The notes: generated by a model from the sequence alone, not told the origin. A stretch of 64,000 nt of DNA from Bacteroidales bacterium (GCA_035403165.1 DAONEP010000006.1:1496-65495), one strand, 5' to 3'. Positions 19,557 to 29,198 are shown, counted from the stretch's first letter. A program made the numbers and translations.

Positions 19557-20270
19557 TTATTTCTCGAATAACATAAGTTGATCTTGTTTGAGTTGAGGAA
19601 ATGAAGAAAGAAAAGCATACAACCTCTCTATATTGGTCTTGCCTATAACACGTTTATCGTTAATTCTATAATTGCATAGTTGGAATAAACTATTTACCTT
19701 TTGAGATTCTAAAAGATCTTGAATTTTCACCCAATATCTTGCTTGGATTCCAGAACCATTTACAAGGTCTTCAGATTTCATGCTAAGCAATTTCTTCAGT
19801 TTTTCAAATAGTGGGTCTGATGAAGAAGTATCAAATTCATATATTTCGATTTCAATATCCGGCAAATTTTGGAGATATTTTCGAGTAATACTTTTTATAG
19901 TATCAAGAGGTAACCCGCCATTCATAGCACCCATCCAAGGAAAAGCGACTGAGTTGATTCCGAGATTTTTATAATTTTCACAAAATTTCTTGAGGGTTTC
20001 TTCTATCCATTCTTTTTTAGAAGGATTTTTCCAATCATCTTTAATTGCGAAATTCAAAATCCACGGATAACTTTTTTTGTAGAGGAGAATCTGGCCAGGT
20101 TTTAAAAGATGCTGAGTACAGATTTTTTGGTATTCTTTGAACATTTCCGGGAAACGAAGTCTAAACTCCAGAGCAATCCCTTTACCCATTACACCTACAC
20201 AATTCACAGTATTTACAAGAGCCATTGCTTGGGAGTTAAAGATATTTCCTAGAATTTCTATGTAGGCCAT
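19557..20270 (-). CDS. Macrodomain protein, DarG-like ADP-ribosyl glycohydrolase, with a C-terminal tail of about 85 aa
   Basis: ALVNTVNCVGVMGKGIALEFRLRFPEMFKEY and WMGAMNGGL closely resemble the DarG/TARG1-type macrodomain signature. The start lies 1 nt after the stop of the upstream giant gene. Confidence 0.8.
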   Translation of the reverse strand: MAYIEILGNIFNSQAMALVNTVNCVGVMGKGIALEFRLRFPEMFKEYQKICTQHLLKPGQILLYKKSYPWILNFAIKDDWKNPSKKEWIEETLKKFCENYKNLGINSVAFPWMGAMNGGLPLDTIKSITRKYLQNLPDIEIEIYEFDTSSSDPLFEKLKKLLSMKSEDLVNGSGIQARYWVKIQDLLESQKVNSLFQLCNYRINDKRVIGKTNIERLYAFLSSFPQLKQDQLMLFEK

Positions 20271-20271
20271 A

Positions 20272-23200
20272 CTATTTATTTTTAATACATGCTATTAGAT
20301 CCCTGTAGGGGTCGTTCCATTTAATGTCGTTTGTCAAACCAGGCAATAAATCCATAAAGTTGATTATCCTATTACCAATCTCTGTTTTGAATAATTCAAG
20401 ACGAAGATACGATTTATCACACTTTGATCGAAAGCGGCCTCGGTCTAATGCATCAGCATCTTTCAGAACTTTCCAAATAATGCTATCTTTGACCATAGAT
20501 GGGCATTCAGAATCAGCGACAGAATGATATATTATGGCATTTAGCGCTTGATTTTGGGTGTCTTTTTCGAGAACAAACTCACTGATCTTTGAATCATATT
20601 TCTTAGCGGATTTTAAGCCATGTGAAGGACCTTCCATATCAGATGATTTACCTAGATCATGAATAATTGCTGAATAATAGATAGCATCCTTAATTTGAGA
20701 CGAGATCATATCTGAGTACTTTAGTATCAGACAGGTTCCAAATAAAACTCTTGTAGTGTGAGCGATGCCATGATTTGAGTCAACCATTTTGGGTTCGAAT
20801 AAACTCCTGGATATCTTGAGTTTTAAACGAACCTCAAGCTGTAAAAATTCCTCAATTAGGTCTTCAGAAATTAGTGATTCTGAGTAATCAGTTGAGATGA
20901 TACTGGAATTTTTATTAGTGCTATAATTGGAATATACAATCCATTCACGTTTCCCAAGGGCCAGATCAACGAAACGAACCTCAATTGGTTTCTCTGTGAT
21001 TGTGAATCGTAATTCAGGATAGGCCATTATTTCGTCATCGGTTTCCTTGATAATTTTTTCGATATTGAGTATTTGAGTGTTCTTTAAACCTGAGCCTTTG
21101 ATTGAAAGATATGCATTATCGAGGTATTCAGATCGGATTGAAACTTCATTATTATCAAAATTAACAATAAGTTCTCTATTCATCCTGTGAAAAATATCCC
21201 ACCCATCTGCATTAATTTTCTTACAAATAGGGTCGTTGCCTAATTGAGATTTTAGCAAGTTAGCATATTCTTCGTTATAACAAATGATTTCAAATGAATC
21301 TAATGTTGAAAAATCAAATTCCTCAAGAACAAGAAATTCCTGTTGAGAATATTGTTTGTAATTTTCATAATCTGAAACTTCAGAATATAGATGCAATGTA
21401 TTGAGCGATTTAGGATTTTCGCTAACTTTTTCTACTCTTGCCCAATTTGTTTGCATATTTCCAGTACTATAAAAGCACTTGTTGGAAATTTTCATTATAA
21501 CTTCTTTCAAATTAAATTTGAAGAATACCGGGATAGGACACCTGGGTAATCCGAGATTACGAAATTGGGGATAATACGATTTCCAAATTTTTGACCATAT
21601 TTTATTGCCCTTCCAATCATACCCATCGAAAGCCCATCCTTCCTTGCCTGACTTGGAATCCATACCTAAGCATTCATTATAAAACTGCGTCGGGGTCTGA
21701 GTACGAAAATAAAATCGAGCGTAGTCGTGTGCAGTGCTTCGTCTTGCTACAAGATTACCTGCGGCATTGGAAAATTTACCATCAGCTTTGTTTCGACTAA
21801 GAATTTTCCGGCTTTTGATAATATCAATTGCATTGAATAGATGCGTAAAATGATAAATGTATGGTTCTCTGTCAAATTGCTCTAAAAATTCAACACAATT
21901 GAATTCTTCTTTGTATTTGCTTTTAGCATTGCCAATTTTTTCAATTATTTGAGGGTTTTTTCGTAGCAATTGCCAATCCCAGTTTTTGCGATACTTTTCA
22001 ATAAGTTCTTCCGTAAATTGAATTTCCAGCGATTCTGAAACATTTGACCAATTCAGAACATCTGAAAATGGTTCAAGAAGTTCGTTTGTTATTCTAAAAT
22101 CCTTTCTAGAATTAATCTCAATCCAATTCAATTTGTCTTTAAATAGTTTCAGATTTTCAGTATACATTTTAAACTTATCTGATTGAGAAATAAAATCCCA
22201 ATCGACATAATTTTGATACTTACTTAAAAATGAAATATCGGAAATATCAACAACTTCATTTTGGGTTATAAATTTCCAATCTAGACTTTCCTTATAATCC
22301 CAAAGAATTTCGGTTGAAAGATTTATATTTTTAGAAATTGCCTTCCAATCAATGTTTTGAGATTTAAGTAAAGAAAGCGTTTTAGAATTAGGTACAAAAG
22401 ATTTGTTCTGGGAAATTAGATACCAATTAATTGGCTTGCCTATCAATTTAATTACAAGTTCTTCAGAAAAAGCAATATCTGCTCTAGTTGATATAGCCTC
22501 CCAATCCCAATTCTGGTTTAAAAGTTCTATAAAGATTTCATTTTCAAACTTAATGTCATTTCTACCTGAAAGAGTTTCCCATTCCCAAGGCTTTTCTTTA
22601 TTTTCTTTTATAAATGCTAGAGAAAGTTTAACCGAAAGATTTTCTGATAGAGATGTCCAATCCCAATCATTACTAATTGTTTCAGCGAGTAGTTTCTCTG
22701 TGATATCTGAATCAGTTCTTTTAGAGAAAGAAGTAAAGTTGATAAACTTAGCGAACTTGCGGAATCGTCTTAAAAAATCTCTTTCTTTTTTGAAGCAACT
22801 GCTAAATTCTGATAGATACTCCCAATCCCATTTTTCCGACTCAATACTTAGAATTGAATCGTTCCAATTAATGTTATCTAACCTCGATAACGACTTGAAA
22901 TCCCACTTATAGGATTTGTTTTTCAATAATCTAAAAATGTCTTTTAGCCATACCTCATAGCTAAACAGAGACTTATCATATTGAAAAGATTTATTTAGTG
23001 CAATAGAACCTGATAATGTTTTCCAATCAACAAACTCGATGTTTTCGTTCAAATATTGCCTTGGATTAAAACTTGTCAAATCGTAGAAATAGCTATAATC
23101 CCATTGAAATACATCTTGATTAAATGTTTGGGAAACCAAATTTTCTAACTCTTCATAATCAAATTTGCTGGTAATTGTCTTCCAAAGTTGCTGCTTTAGC

Positions 23201-25563
23201 TCTTCGTTAAAAACATAGATACATTTTGCAACCTCTGTCAAATATTTAGAAGGTTGTAAATCTCCTTTTTCAAAGCGCTTTTTTAAAAGCATATCCCAAT
23301 TCCAGTAATCATTATACTCAGGTAGGTGATTTATGACAAATTCCTTATTTAAATTAATTGATAGGTAATCCCAATCCCAATATTCAAGATATAAATCTAA
23401 TTTATCTTCAATAATAGATAAATCAATATTCGTAGTAAGGTAGTTCCAATCCCACTTGTTAACCCATTTAGGATTACCAAGAGAATCAATTTTTATTGTA
23501 GAACAAAAGCGCTTTGTAAGAATAGACCAATCCCAATTATAATCAATATGGTTAAGAATAAACTCCTTGGAGGATTTTTCAGTAACATCTTTCCAGCATC
23601 CTGAGTTAATCTCCAAATAAGATAAAACATTTGCCTTAAAAAAAACTGCCTCTAATGTTTGGCCCGATATTCTTTTAAGCAGGATGTCAAAATTAAGTTT
23701 GTCTTTTACTGATATTAAGAACTCTGAATCATTTATCAGATTCTCATTTTCGGAAATTATATCCCAATTCCAGTTAAAATCAGGAAACTTATTAATAATC
23801 CCAGTCTCTGAGATGCGAGCAGAAATAAAATTAGAACCCTTTTGGGTTTTAATTTTTGAATTGTACTTTGTAAAAAAGTCCGGATTCCATTCAATAAATG
23901 GATTACATTCGAAACCTAGAACAAAGCTACCGCTTTCCCAGGTTAAGTACCCTGAGCTTTCTAACAAGGAAATAAGTTGATCTGTCCAAAAATAATTAGC
24001 CAGATTGGGCTGATAATCAGATAATGTAAATTCTTGTGCCGATAGAAGCACTTGAACAAAGTGAGCGGAATCACAAAACAATTTTGTATGATTTTCGGAA
24101 GCAAAAGCCCGATTGATTAAAATTTTGAGATTAAGAAATCCACTAAATTGTTGTATATTTTCTAAAATAAAGAACAAATCATAATCAGTCGAAATGAACA
24201 ACCAATTCCATTTTTTATCAGGGTATATCTCAATTAGCCTTTTTACCTCATTGTTATTGATTTCTGTCAATTCGGATAATTCAAAGTTTATTGTATTTAT
24301 ATTAGATTTGATAAACTCGAAATCCAACAACGGCATTATTCTATCCCAATCCCATTCATACTCTTTTAGTTCTGGAATCAGTAATAATGTTTTTAGGATT
24401 TCAATGCTAATATCTTCTTTGGCTGATATAATTTCAAAATTCCAAGGAAATAGAGTAGCATTTTGGATTAAAAAAACATCGTCAATCCTTAAGGATATGG
24501 AAGTCCAATCAAGATTGTCTCTATATGTTTTAAAGTACAGCTTTAATACATCAATCGGACAATGGTTTGAAATATTGAACCATTGATTTGCGTTTGCATT
24601 CTCACCCATGAAGGTAAACAATTGATTATCTTCCCAACACAAACGGGTGTCTTCTACAAGTGAATCCAAATCCAATAAATCTTCAAATGGTCTTATGGAC
24701 TTATAATCTAAAACAGCCGATGGGTCTTTTAAAAGTTTCAAGTACAAGCCCCATTCTATTTTTTTCTCTTTTGAGTCTGTATTATCTTGGCTATTCAATA
24801 AATCGGTTGCCTCATTGCAGATTTTACTGTTGTAGAATATTATTGGAAAGTATTCAGTGCCCTGTTTGTAAAGACGAATTTCTACCTGAATACTTGATAA
24901 TTTAAAGTGATTTGTTGGTTCCGATTTAAAAATTTGATAATTTTCTTTGGACTGTAAATTATGGCGTTTAATTAACTCTGATTCAACAATTTTAAATGCA
25001 TCATTGATGTCAACTTGATCATATTTAATTTGTGTTTTTCCTGTAATTTCGGAAAACTCGCCCAGTGAAGAATAAAATGGAAAAAAAATATTCTCCTTTA
25101 ATCCTGCAGGTTTGATATTGGTATTTTCTAATAACTCCTTATCCCCAGTATAGAATTTATATTTTTCTCCTAACGAAAGTGCCCTGTACCCTAAATCAGT
25201 CAATTTGAAAATAACAGGAAGTCCTTTCTCTGAAATTTGCTCAACTATACCCCAACCTAAAACAGGTTTAATAATAGCTTTAAAAATATCAAATTCAGCT
25301 TTATCGGCATATTGTTTGGGAGTTGCTTCAAAGTCGTCAAACACATTGAATCCCAATATTGTAGCAATTTTATTTTCTTCAATGAAACCATTGTTTGATT
25401 CAAGCATACTACAAATAATTCTGTCAATATCTTCAAGTGGGAAAGTTTCATAAAACGAAACCTTACAAGTGGTTTCTTTTAAACTCCAGGTGCGAAATCC
25501 TTTATCTTCAGCAACTGAAGCGTAAACAAGTTCAGAATTATTAACTATTTCTTGCCAATTCAT
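20272..25563 (-). CDS. 1763-aa multidomain protein. It has an unknown N-terminus, about 20 W-D-W repeats, a DarT-like (DUF4433) ADP-ribosyltransferase domain (about aa 1233-1440) and a C-terminal HD domain (about aa 1595-1715).
   Basis: DarT-like motifs are PYIYHFTHLFNAIDIIKSRKILSRN, LVARRSTAHDYARFYFRTQTPTQFYNE and YSQQEFLVLEEFDF. HD motifs are NHGIAHTTRV, IIHDLGK, IIYHSVAD and KDADALDRGRF. It is a single uninterrupted ORF in about 30% GC DNA. Confidence 0.85.
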   Translation of the reverse strand: MNWQEIVNNSELVYASVAEDKGFRTWSLKETTCKVSFYETFPLEDIDRIICSMLESNNGFIEENKIATILGFNVFDDFEATPKQYADKAEFDIFKAIIKPVLGWGIVEQISEKGLPVIFKLTDLGYRALSLGEKYKFYTGDKELLENTNIKPAGLKENIFFPFYSSLGEFSEITGKTQIKYDQVDINDAFKIVESELIKRHNLQSKENYQIFKSEPTNHFKLSSIQVEIRLYKQGTEYFPIIFYNSKICNEATDLLNSQDNTDSKEKKIEWGLYLKLLKDPSAVLDYKSIRPFEDLLDLDSLVEDTRLCWEDNQLFTFMGENANANQWFNISNHCPIDVLKLYFKTYRDNLDWTSISLRIDDVFLIQNATLFPWNFEIISAKEDISIEILKTLLLIPELKEYEWDWDRIMPLLDFEFIKSNINTINFELSELTEINNNEVKRLIEIYPDKKWNWLFISTDYDLFFILENIQQFSGFLNLKILINRAFASENHTKLFCDSAHFVQVLLSAQEFTLSDYQPNLANYFWTDQLISLLESSGYLTWESGSFVLGFECNPFIEWNPDFFTKYNSKIKTQKGSNFISARISETGIINKFPDFNWNWDIISENENLINDSEFLISVKDKLNFDILLKRISGQTLEAVFFKANVLSYLEINSGCWKDVTEKSSKEFILNHIDYNWDWSILTKRFCSTIKIDSLGNPKWVNKWDWNYLTTNIDLSIIEDKLDLYLEYWDWDYLSINLNKEFVINHLPEYNDYWNWDMLLKKRFEKGDLQPSKYLTEVAKCIYVFNEELKQQLWKTITSKFDYEELENLVSQTFNQDVFQWDYSYFYDLTSFNPRQYLNENIEFVDWKTLSGSIALNKSFQYDKSLFSYEVWLKDIFRLLKNKSYKWDFKSLSRLDNINWNDSILSIESEKWDWEYLSEFSSCFKKERDFLRRFRKFAKFINFTSFSKRTDSDITEKLLAETISNDWDWTSLSENLSVKLSLAFIKENKEKPWEWETLSGRNDIKFENEIFIELLNQNWDWEAISTRADIAFSEELVIKLIGKPINWYLISQNKSFVPNSKTLSLLKSQNIDWKAISKNINLSTEILWDYKESLDWKFITQNEVVDISDISFLSKYQNYVDWDFISQSDKFKMYTENLKLFKDKLNWIEINSRKDFRITNELLEPFSDVLNWSNVSESLEIQFTEELIEKYRKNWDWQLLRKNPQIIEKIGNAKSKYKEEFNCVEFLEQFDREPYIYHFTHLFNAIDIIKSRKILSRNKADGKFSNAAGNLVARRSTAHDYARFYFRTQTPTQFYNECLGMDSKSGKEGWAFDGYDWKGNKIWSKIWKSYYPQFRNLGLPRCPIPVFFKFNLKEVIMKISNKCFYSTGNMQTNWARVEKVSENPKSLNTLHLYSEVSDYENYKQYSQQEFLVLEEFDFSTLDSFEIICYNEEYANLLKSQLGNDPICKKINADGWDIFHRMNRELIVNFDNNEVSIRSEYLDNAYLSIKGSGLKNTQILNIEKIIKETDDEIMAYPELRFTITEKPIEVRFVDLALGKREWIVYSNYSTNKNSSIISTDYSESLISEDLIEEFLQLEVRLKLKISRSLFEPKMVDSNHGIAHTTRVLFGTCLILKYSDMISSQIKDAIYYSAIIHDLGKSSDMEGPSHGLKSAKKYDSKISEFVLEKDTQNQALNAIIYHSVADSECPSMVKDSIIWKVLKDADALDRGRFRSKCDKSYLRLELFKTEIGNRIINFMDLLPGLTNDIKWNDPYRDLIACIKNK
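21949..24516 (-). repeat. Protein-level repeat array with a period of about 25-26 aa and core W-[DNE]-W-x2-[LI]-[ST]-x-[NR]
   Basis: Examples are NWDWSILTKR, KWDWNYLTTN, YWDWDYLSIN, KWDWEYLSEF, DWDWTSLSEN, PWEWETLSGR, NWDWEAISTR, IDWKAISKN, VDWDFISQS and NWDWQLLRKN. The W positions 967, 993, 1019, 1047, 1073, 1096, 1122, 1147, 1172 and 1195 give spacings of 23-28 aa. Confidence 0.7.
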
Positions 25564-28500
25564 TTTGCTTTATACTTTATAATTCGACCATTGGGATTAC
25601 TTGCAATCGTTCTATATACATTGTCATATATTTCTTTTTGCCTAAACAGTTCACTATTACCAACAATAATAAGTAATCGTTTCGCACGAGATAACGCAAC
25701 ATTTAAACGATTAGGCGATTGAGCAAAACCTAAGTCATTTTGTGCAGGAAATCCCAATTCACCATAGAGGTAATAATCTGCTCTTTGTTTCTTATCTGAA
25801 GCAATACAATTACTTCTGACCATGGAAACAATGATTATGTTACGCTCCATACCCTGGAACCGGTCAACTGTACTAACTCTAATCGGGATTTCGTTAAATT
25901 CTCGCCTAATATTGCGCAACAGCTTTATTTGTTTATTGTAAAAACTAATAAGACCAATTTGTTGGTCTTCTGGATTTTCCCAAAACGCCTGATATTTTTT
26001 AAAGCTATCTGAATTGCGAATCATAGTTAGGACATGACGAATAGCATCAACTTCTCCCATATTTATTCTTGAGGTCCCATCTAACATTTCAGGTGAATTG
26101 GTGTCCAACCAAATTACATGGTTGCTTGGTGAGATTAGTCCTTCAACTTCAATTCCATGATAACGAGAAGCAGGATTATTCATGTTCTGGTCATTAACAC
26201 CTAAGTCGATAGGTGATATTAAGCCACATTCCAGACCACCATCCTGAATATAGAACTGCTTAATAACATCATTTATGTCAGGATGCATACGATATTGCAG
26301 GTTAAAAACTCCTTTCAAACTTCTATCTATATCTTTAAAAAGACGTTCGAAATGTGAAATTTCCATTTCTTTAAAATGTTTGGTAATATATAACTTTAGA
26401 TATAGTAATTTTTTTCTCTCTTCAACATTATCTATTCTATCAAGTAGATAATCAAAAGATAATATAAATTCTTCTTTATCAAGTAGTGGTGGTAATTGCC
26501 GGTGGTCTCCTATTACAATGTTTTTTTTACCGTAAATTAATGGTAGAGATAATTCGGCAGGGGTCGCTTTACTTGATTCATCCTGAATTACAGTAGTAAA
26601 GTAGATCTTATTCCGTGAGCTATTTGTCGGAAATCTATGTTCATTAGTCGAAAAATGATTTGGGCCAAAAATCTCACAATAGTTTTTGTAGAAACTTGTG
26701 GGTTTACCTCTTGTGTTTTTTTCACCGATTGAACTGCATGTTGCACCAACTACATTACAATATTTTAAATAGTTTGAATAAAAAATCTTTCGTAATTCCT
26801 TAGATGGATGAGTTAATAGTCTTAGCCAAAGTTCAAATATACCTTTATCAAGTTCTGACTGACTGATTCTTGATCGAATGTTATCAATCCAATTTTGCAG
26901 GATTAATTTTTGTGGTAACAGTTCATCTTCTTCAGACTTTTCATCAGAATCATATTGAATCGATCCATTTTCAACCCATTTTTTCATTAAATCAAGTGAA
27001 AATTGACGACCTTCTATTTCCAGTTTATCTTCGTCACCAAATCGAATAGGTTTCACTAAATTGTGATTTTTATTAACAATGCGATCAATAGCATTATCAA
27101 CTGCCAGATTGGTCTCGGAAGTAAGTAATATCCTTTCATTGGCATTTTTACGGATATGTTGCCACATTATTTCTGCAATAGCAGTTGATTTCCCAGTACC
27201 AGGTGGACCTTGAATTATGACTAGATCTTCAGCCAATAACGTTTTAATAATAGCATGCTTTTGCGAATCATTCACTTGCTTATTCAACAAGTGATTTTCT
27301 ATCTCTACATATGTTTCGCTTTGAGAATTTGTATGGTAATCAATATCATCTATTTTTTTTGCTTTTCCCGAGTCGAAGATAAAATCTTTCAAATTTGGGT
27401 TTTGCAAATTTTCTCCGCTTTTTATTCTATCGAGAGAATTTCTAAGTCTGTGAATTTTTTCTAAGTCACCAGTCACATCAGGATTAATCGAGGATACGAT
27501 ACTTTTTTCAAATAAAAGTGAAGTTTGCTCGCATTTATCGCCAGATATATCAAAAATCAATTCGGGATAATTAACTTTTATCAGCTTTCCAAAATAGTTT
27601 TTGCCAACATTAAAATCATGGCCTCGAAGTTCTTTCAAGACAGCAGAGAGTGATTCTTTCTGAGAATGAGGATCGAGTATAAATAAGTACTTTTCTTTGG
27701 ACTCTGGAATCTTAAAAAGACCAAGATTAAAAGAATCTGCGTTCAATGAATTTATTTCTGATTCAATAATCTGTCTGAGCCTAATGCATTGTTCTGAGGA
27801 TTGATATGGTTGATAAAAATAAAATTCACCTTTTTTGTCATTTCTAAGGCATTGGATTGATGGGAATTTCTCGCGCAAAATAGCTTCTACCTGATCTAAA
27901 GACAAATTTTGTATTTGTAAATCAACGTTACACTTGTGATTCTTATAAAGATTAAAATTTAAAAAAGGGTATTTAAGTGAAAGATTCTCAATGAGATTGT
28001 CTATTGATTCATTTTGCCAATTAAAATCCATTCCAATACTATTTGTGCTTTCACTGATACTTACTGTCTCGTTATCACTCGAAGCATATATTTGCGCCCA
28101 AACATCAGATTCGGAGTAATAATGTTTCGGCAGATAATCAGTGTCAAACTTATAAAGATCATATGTATATATGAATTTCGCTCTGAATTTTATGTTTTCA
28201 GAACCAAAATAAGAGTCAAAGAATCGCTTTAATCGTGTATATTTTAGATCGAAATCCCATTTTTCTTCGTAATAAGAACGAAATAGGTCATCTTTTTCTA
28301 TGTTATTATCTTTGAGACTTGTATGAAAAGTAAATGACCACTCATCGCGATTTAGTTCTGGTAGAATAATGGATGATGTCTTGGGATCATATTTTGAGAG
28401 TACACGAGGATCAACAAAAAAAGTAAAGTCGTATCCAAAAACCGTTAGTCCGATCTCATCTTTTAACTTGTTCAGTACAGCATTGTTCAAATATCCACCA

Positions 28501-29198
28501 ATTATTTCAATAGATCTTTGCACGATTGATATGTACTCTTCGTTATTTCCTAAATTGATTGCTTCTTTGTTCTTTTTTCTGTGACAAAGGGTTCTGTGAT
28601 TAAAGTTTAAATCGGGAAATTCTTTGGAAAGGAAGAATATTGGATTGGGACGAACTTGTAAAACAACGCTTGCGGTATCGGGAATTTGAATATTTATATT
28701 AGACAGTGAAAGGGAATTTGCTAACCTAACTATATCTGGAATTGAAACCTGCAACCTTTCCCTTCTATCAAATGAATAATCAATATTAGAAAGTTCCATT
28801 ATTTTTTTAAGCTTGTCAATTGTAGACTCTTTCTCAATTACGTAACCATCTATGACAGGATAAGGAGTAAAATTGATAAAATTTGCCGCAGCCCTCTCAG
28901 ATAATCTTTTTTTGACCACATAATCAATATTTCGAGCAATCCTACTTTCTGCAAAAAAGTAACCATTTTCAGTATTTATATCATCAATTGAAATTCTAAA
29001 TTCTTTTGAAATTTCAGCAAGGATCTCATCAATTTTTGCATTTTCGTCTGCAATCAGGTAAAGTTTATCACCAACAATTTTAGAGGAATTCGAAATAATT
29101 GATACAGGAATTGAGCGTGAAAGAAGAATTTGTTCCTGAACTTCGGTAAACTTCTGCCAGATTTCCTGAAGCTCAATTCTTGGATTTACGTTTTTCAT
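25560..29198 (-). CDS. SF1B (Upf1/DNA2-like, AAA_11/AAA_12 type) helicase with an uncharacterised N-terminal region of about 630 aa
   Basis: Walker A is IIQGPPGTGKST. Other motifs are VIQDESSKATPAE, VIGDHRQLPP, VDRFQGMERNIIIVS and RLNVALSRAKRLLIIVGN. Its stop overlaps the next gene's start by 4 nt. Confidence 0.85.
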   Translation of the reverse strand: MKNVNPRIELQEIWQKFTEVQEQILLSRSIPVSIISNSSKIVGDKLYLIADENAKIDEILAEISKEFRISIDDINTENGYFFAESRIARNIDYVVKKRLSERAAANFINFTPYPVIDGYVIEKESTIDKLKKIMELSNIDYSFDRRERLQVSIPDIVRLANSLSLSNINIQIPDTASVVLQVRPNPIFFLSKEFPDLNFNHRTLCHRKKNKEAINLGNNEEYISIVQRSIEIIGGYLNNAVLNKLKDEIGLTVFGYDFTFFVDPRVLSKYDPKTSSIILPELNRDEWSFTFHTSLKDNNIEKDDLFRSYYEEKWDFDLKYTRLKRFFDSYFGSENIKFRAKFIYTYDLYKFDTDYLPKHYYSESDVWAQIYASSDNETVSISESTNSIGMDFNWQNESIDNLIENLSLKYPFLNFNLYKNHKCNVDLQIQNLSLDQVEAILREKFPSIQCLRNDKKGEFYFYQPYQSSEQCIRLRQIIESEINSLNADSFNLGLFKIPESKEKYLFILDPHSQKESLSAVLKELRGHDFNVGKNYFGKLIKVNYPELIFDISGDKCEQTSLLFEKSIVSSINPDVTGDLEKIHRLRNSLDRIKSGENLQNPNLKDFIFDSGKAKKIDDIDYHTNSQSETYVEIENHLLNKQVNDSQKHAIIKTLLAEDLVIIQGPPGTGKSTAIAEIMWQHIRKNANERILLTSETNLAVDNAIDRIVNKNHNLVKPIRFGDEDKLEIEGRQFSLDLMKKWVENGSIQYDSDEKSEEDELLPQKLILQNWIDNIRSRISQSELDKGIFELWLRLLTHPSKELRKIFYSNYLKYCNVVGATCSSIGEKNTRGKPTSFYKNYCEIFGPNHFSTNEHRFPTNSSRNKIYFTTVIQDESSKATPAELSLPLIYGKKNIVIGDHRQLPPLLDKEEFILSFDYLLDRIDNVEERKKLLYLKLYITKHFKEMEISHFERLFKDIDRSLKGVFNLQYRMHPDINDVIKQFYIQDGGLECGLISPIDLGVNDQNMNNPASRYHGIEVEGLISPSNHVIWLDTNSPEMLDGTSRINMGEVDAIRHVLTMIRNSDSFKKYQAFWENPEDQQIGLISFYNKQIKLLRNIRREFNEIPIRVSTVDRFQGMERNIIIVSMVRSNCIASDKKQRADYYLYGELGFPAQNDLGFAQSPNRLNVALSRAKRLLIIVGNSELFRQKEIYDNVYRTIASNPNGRIIKYKAK

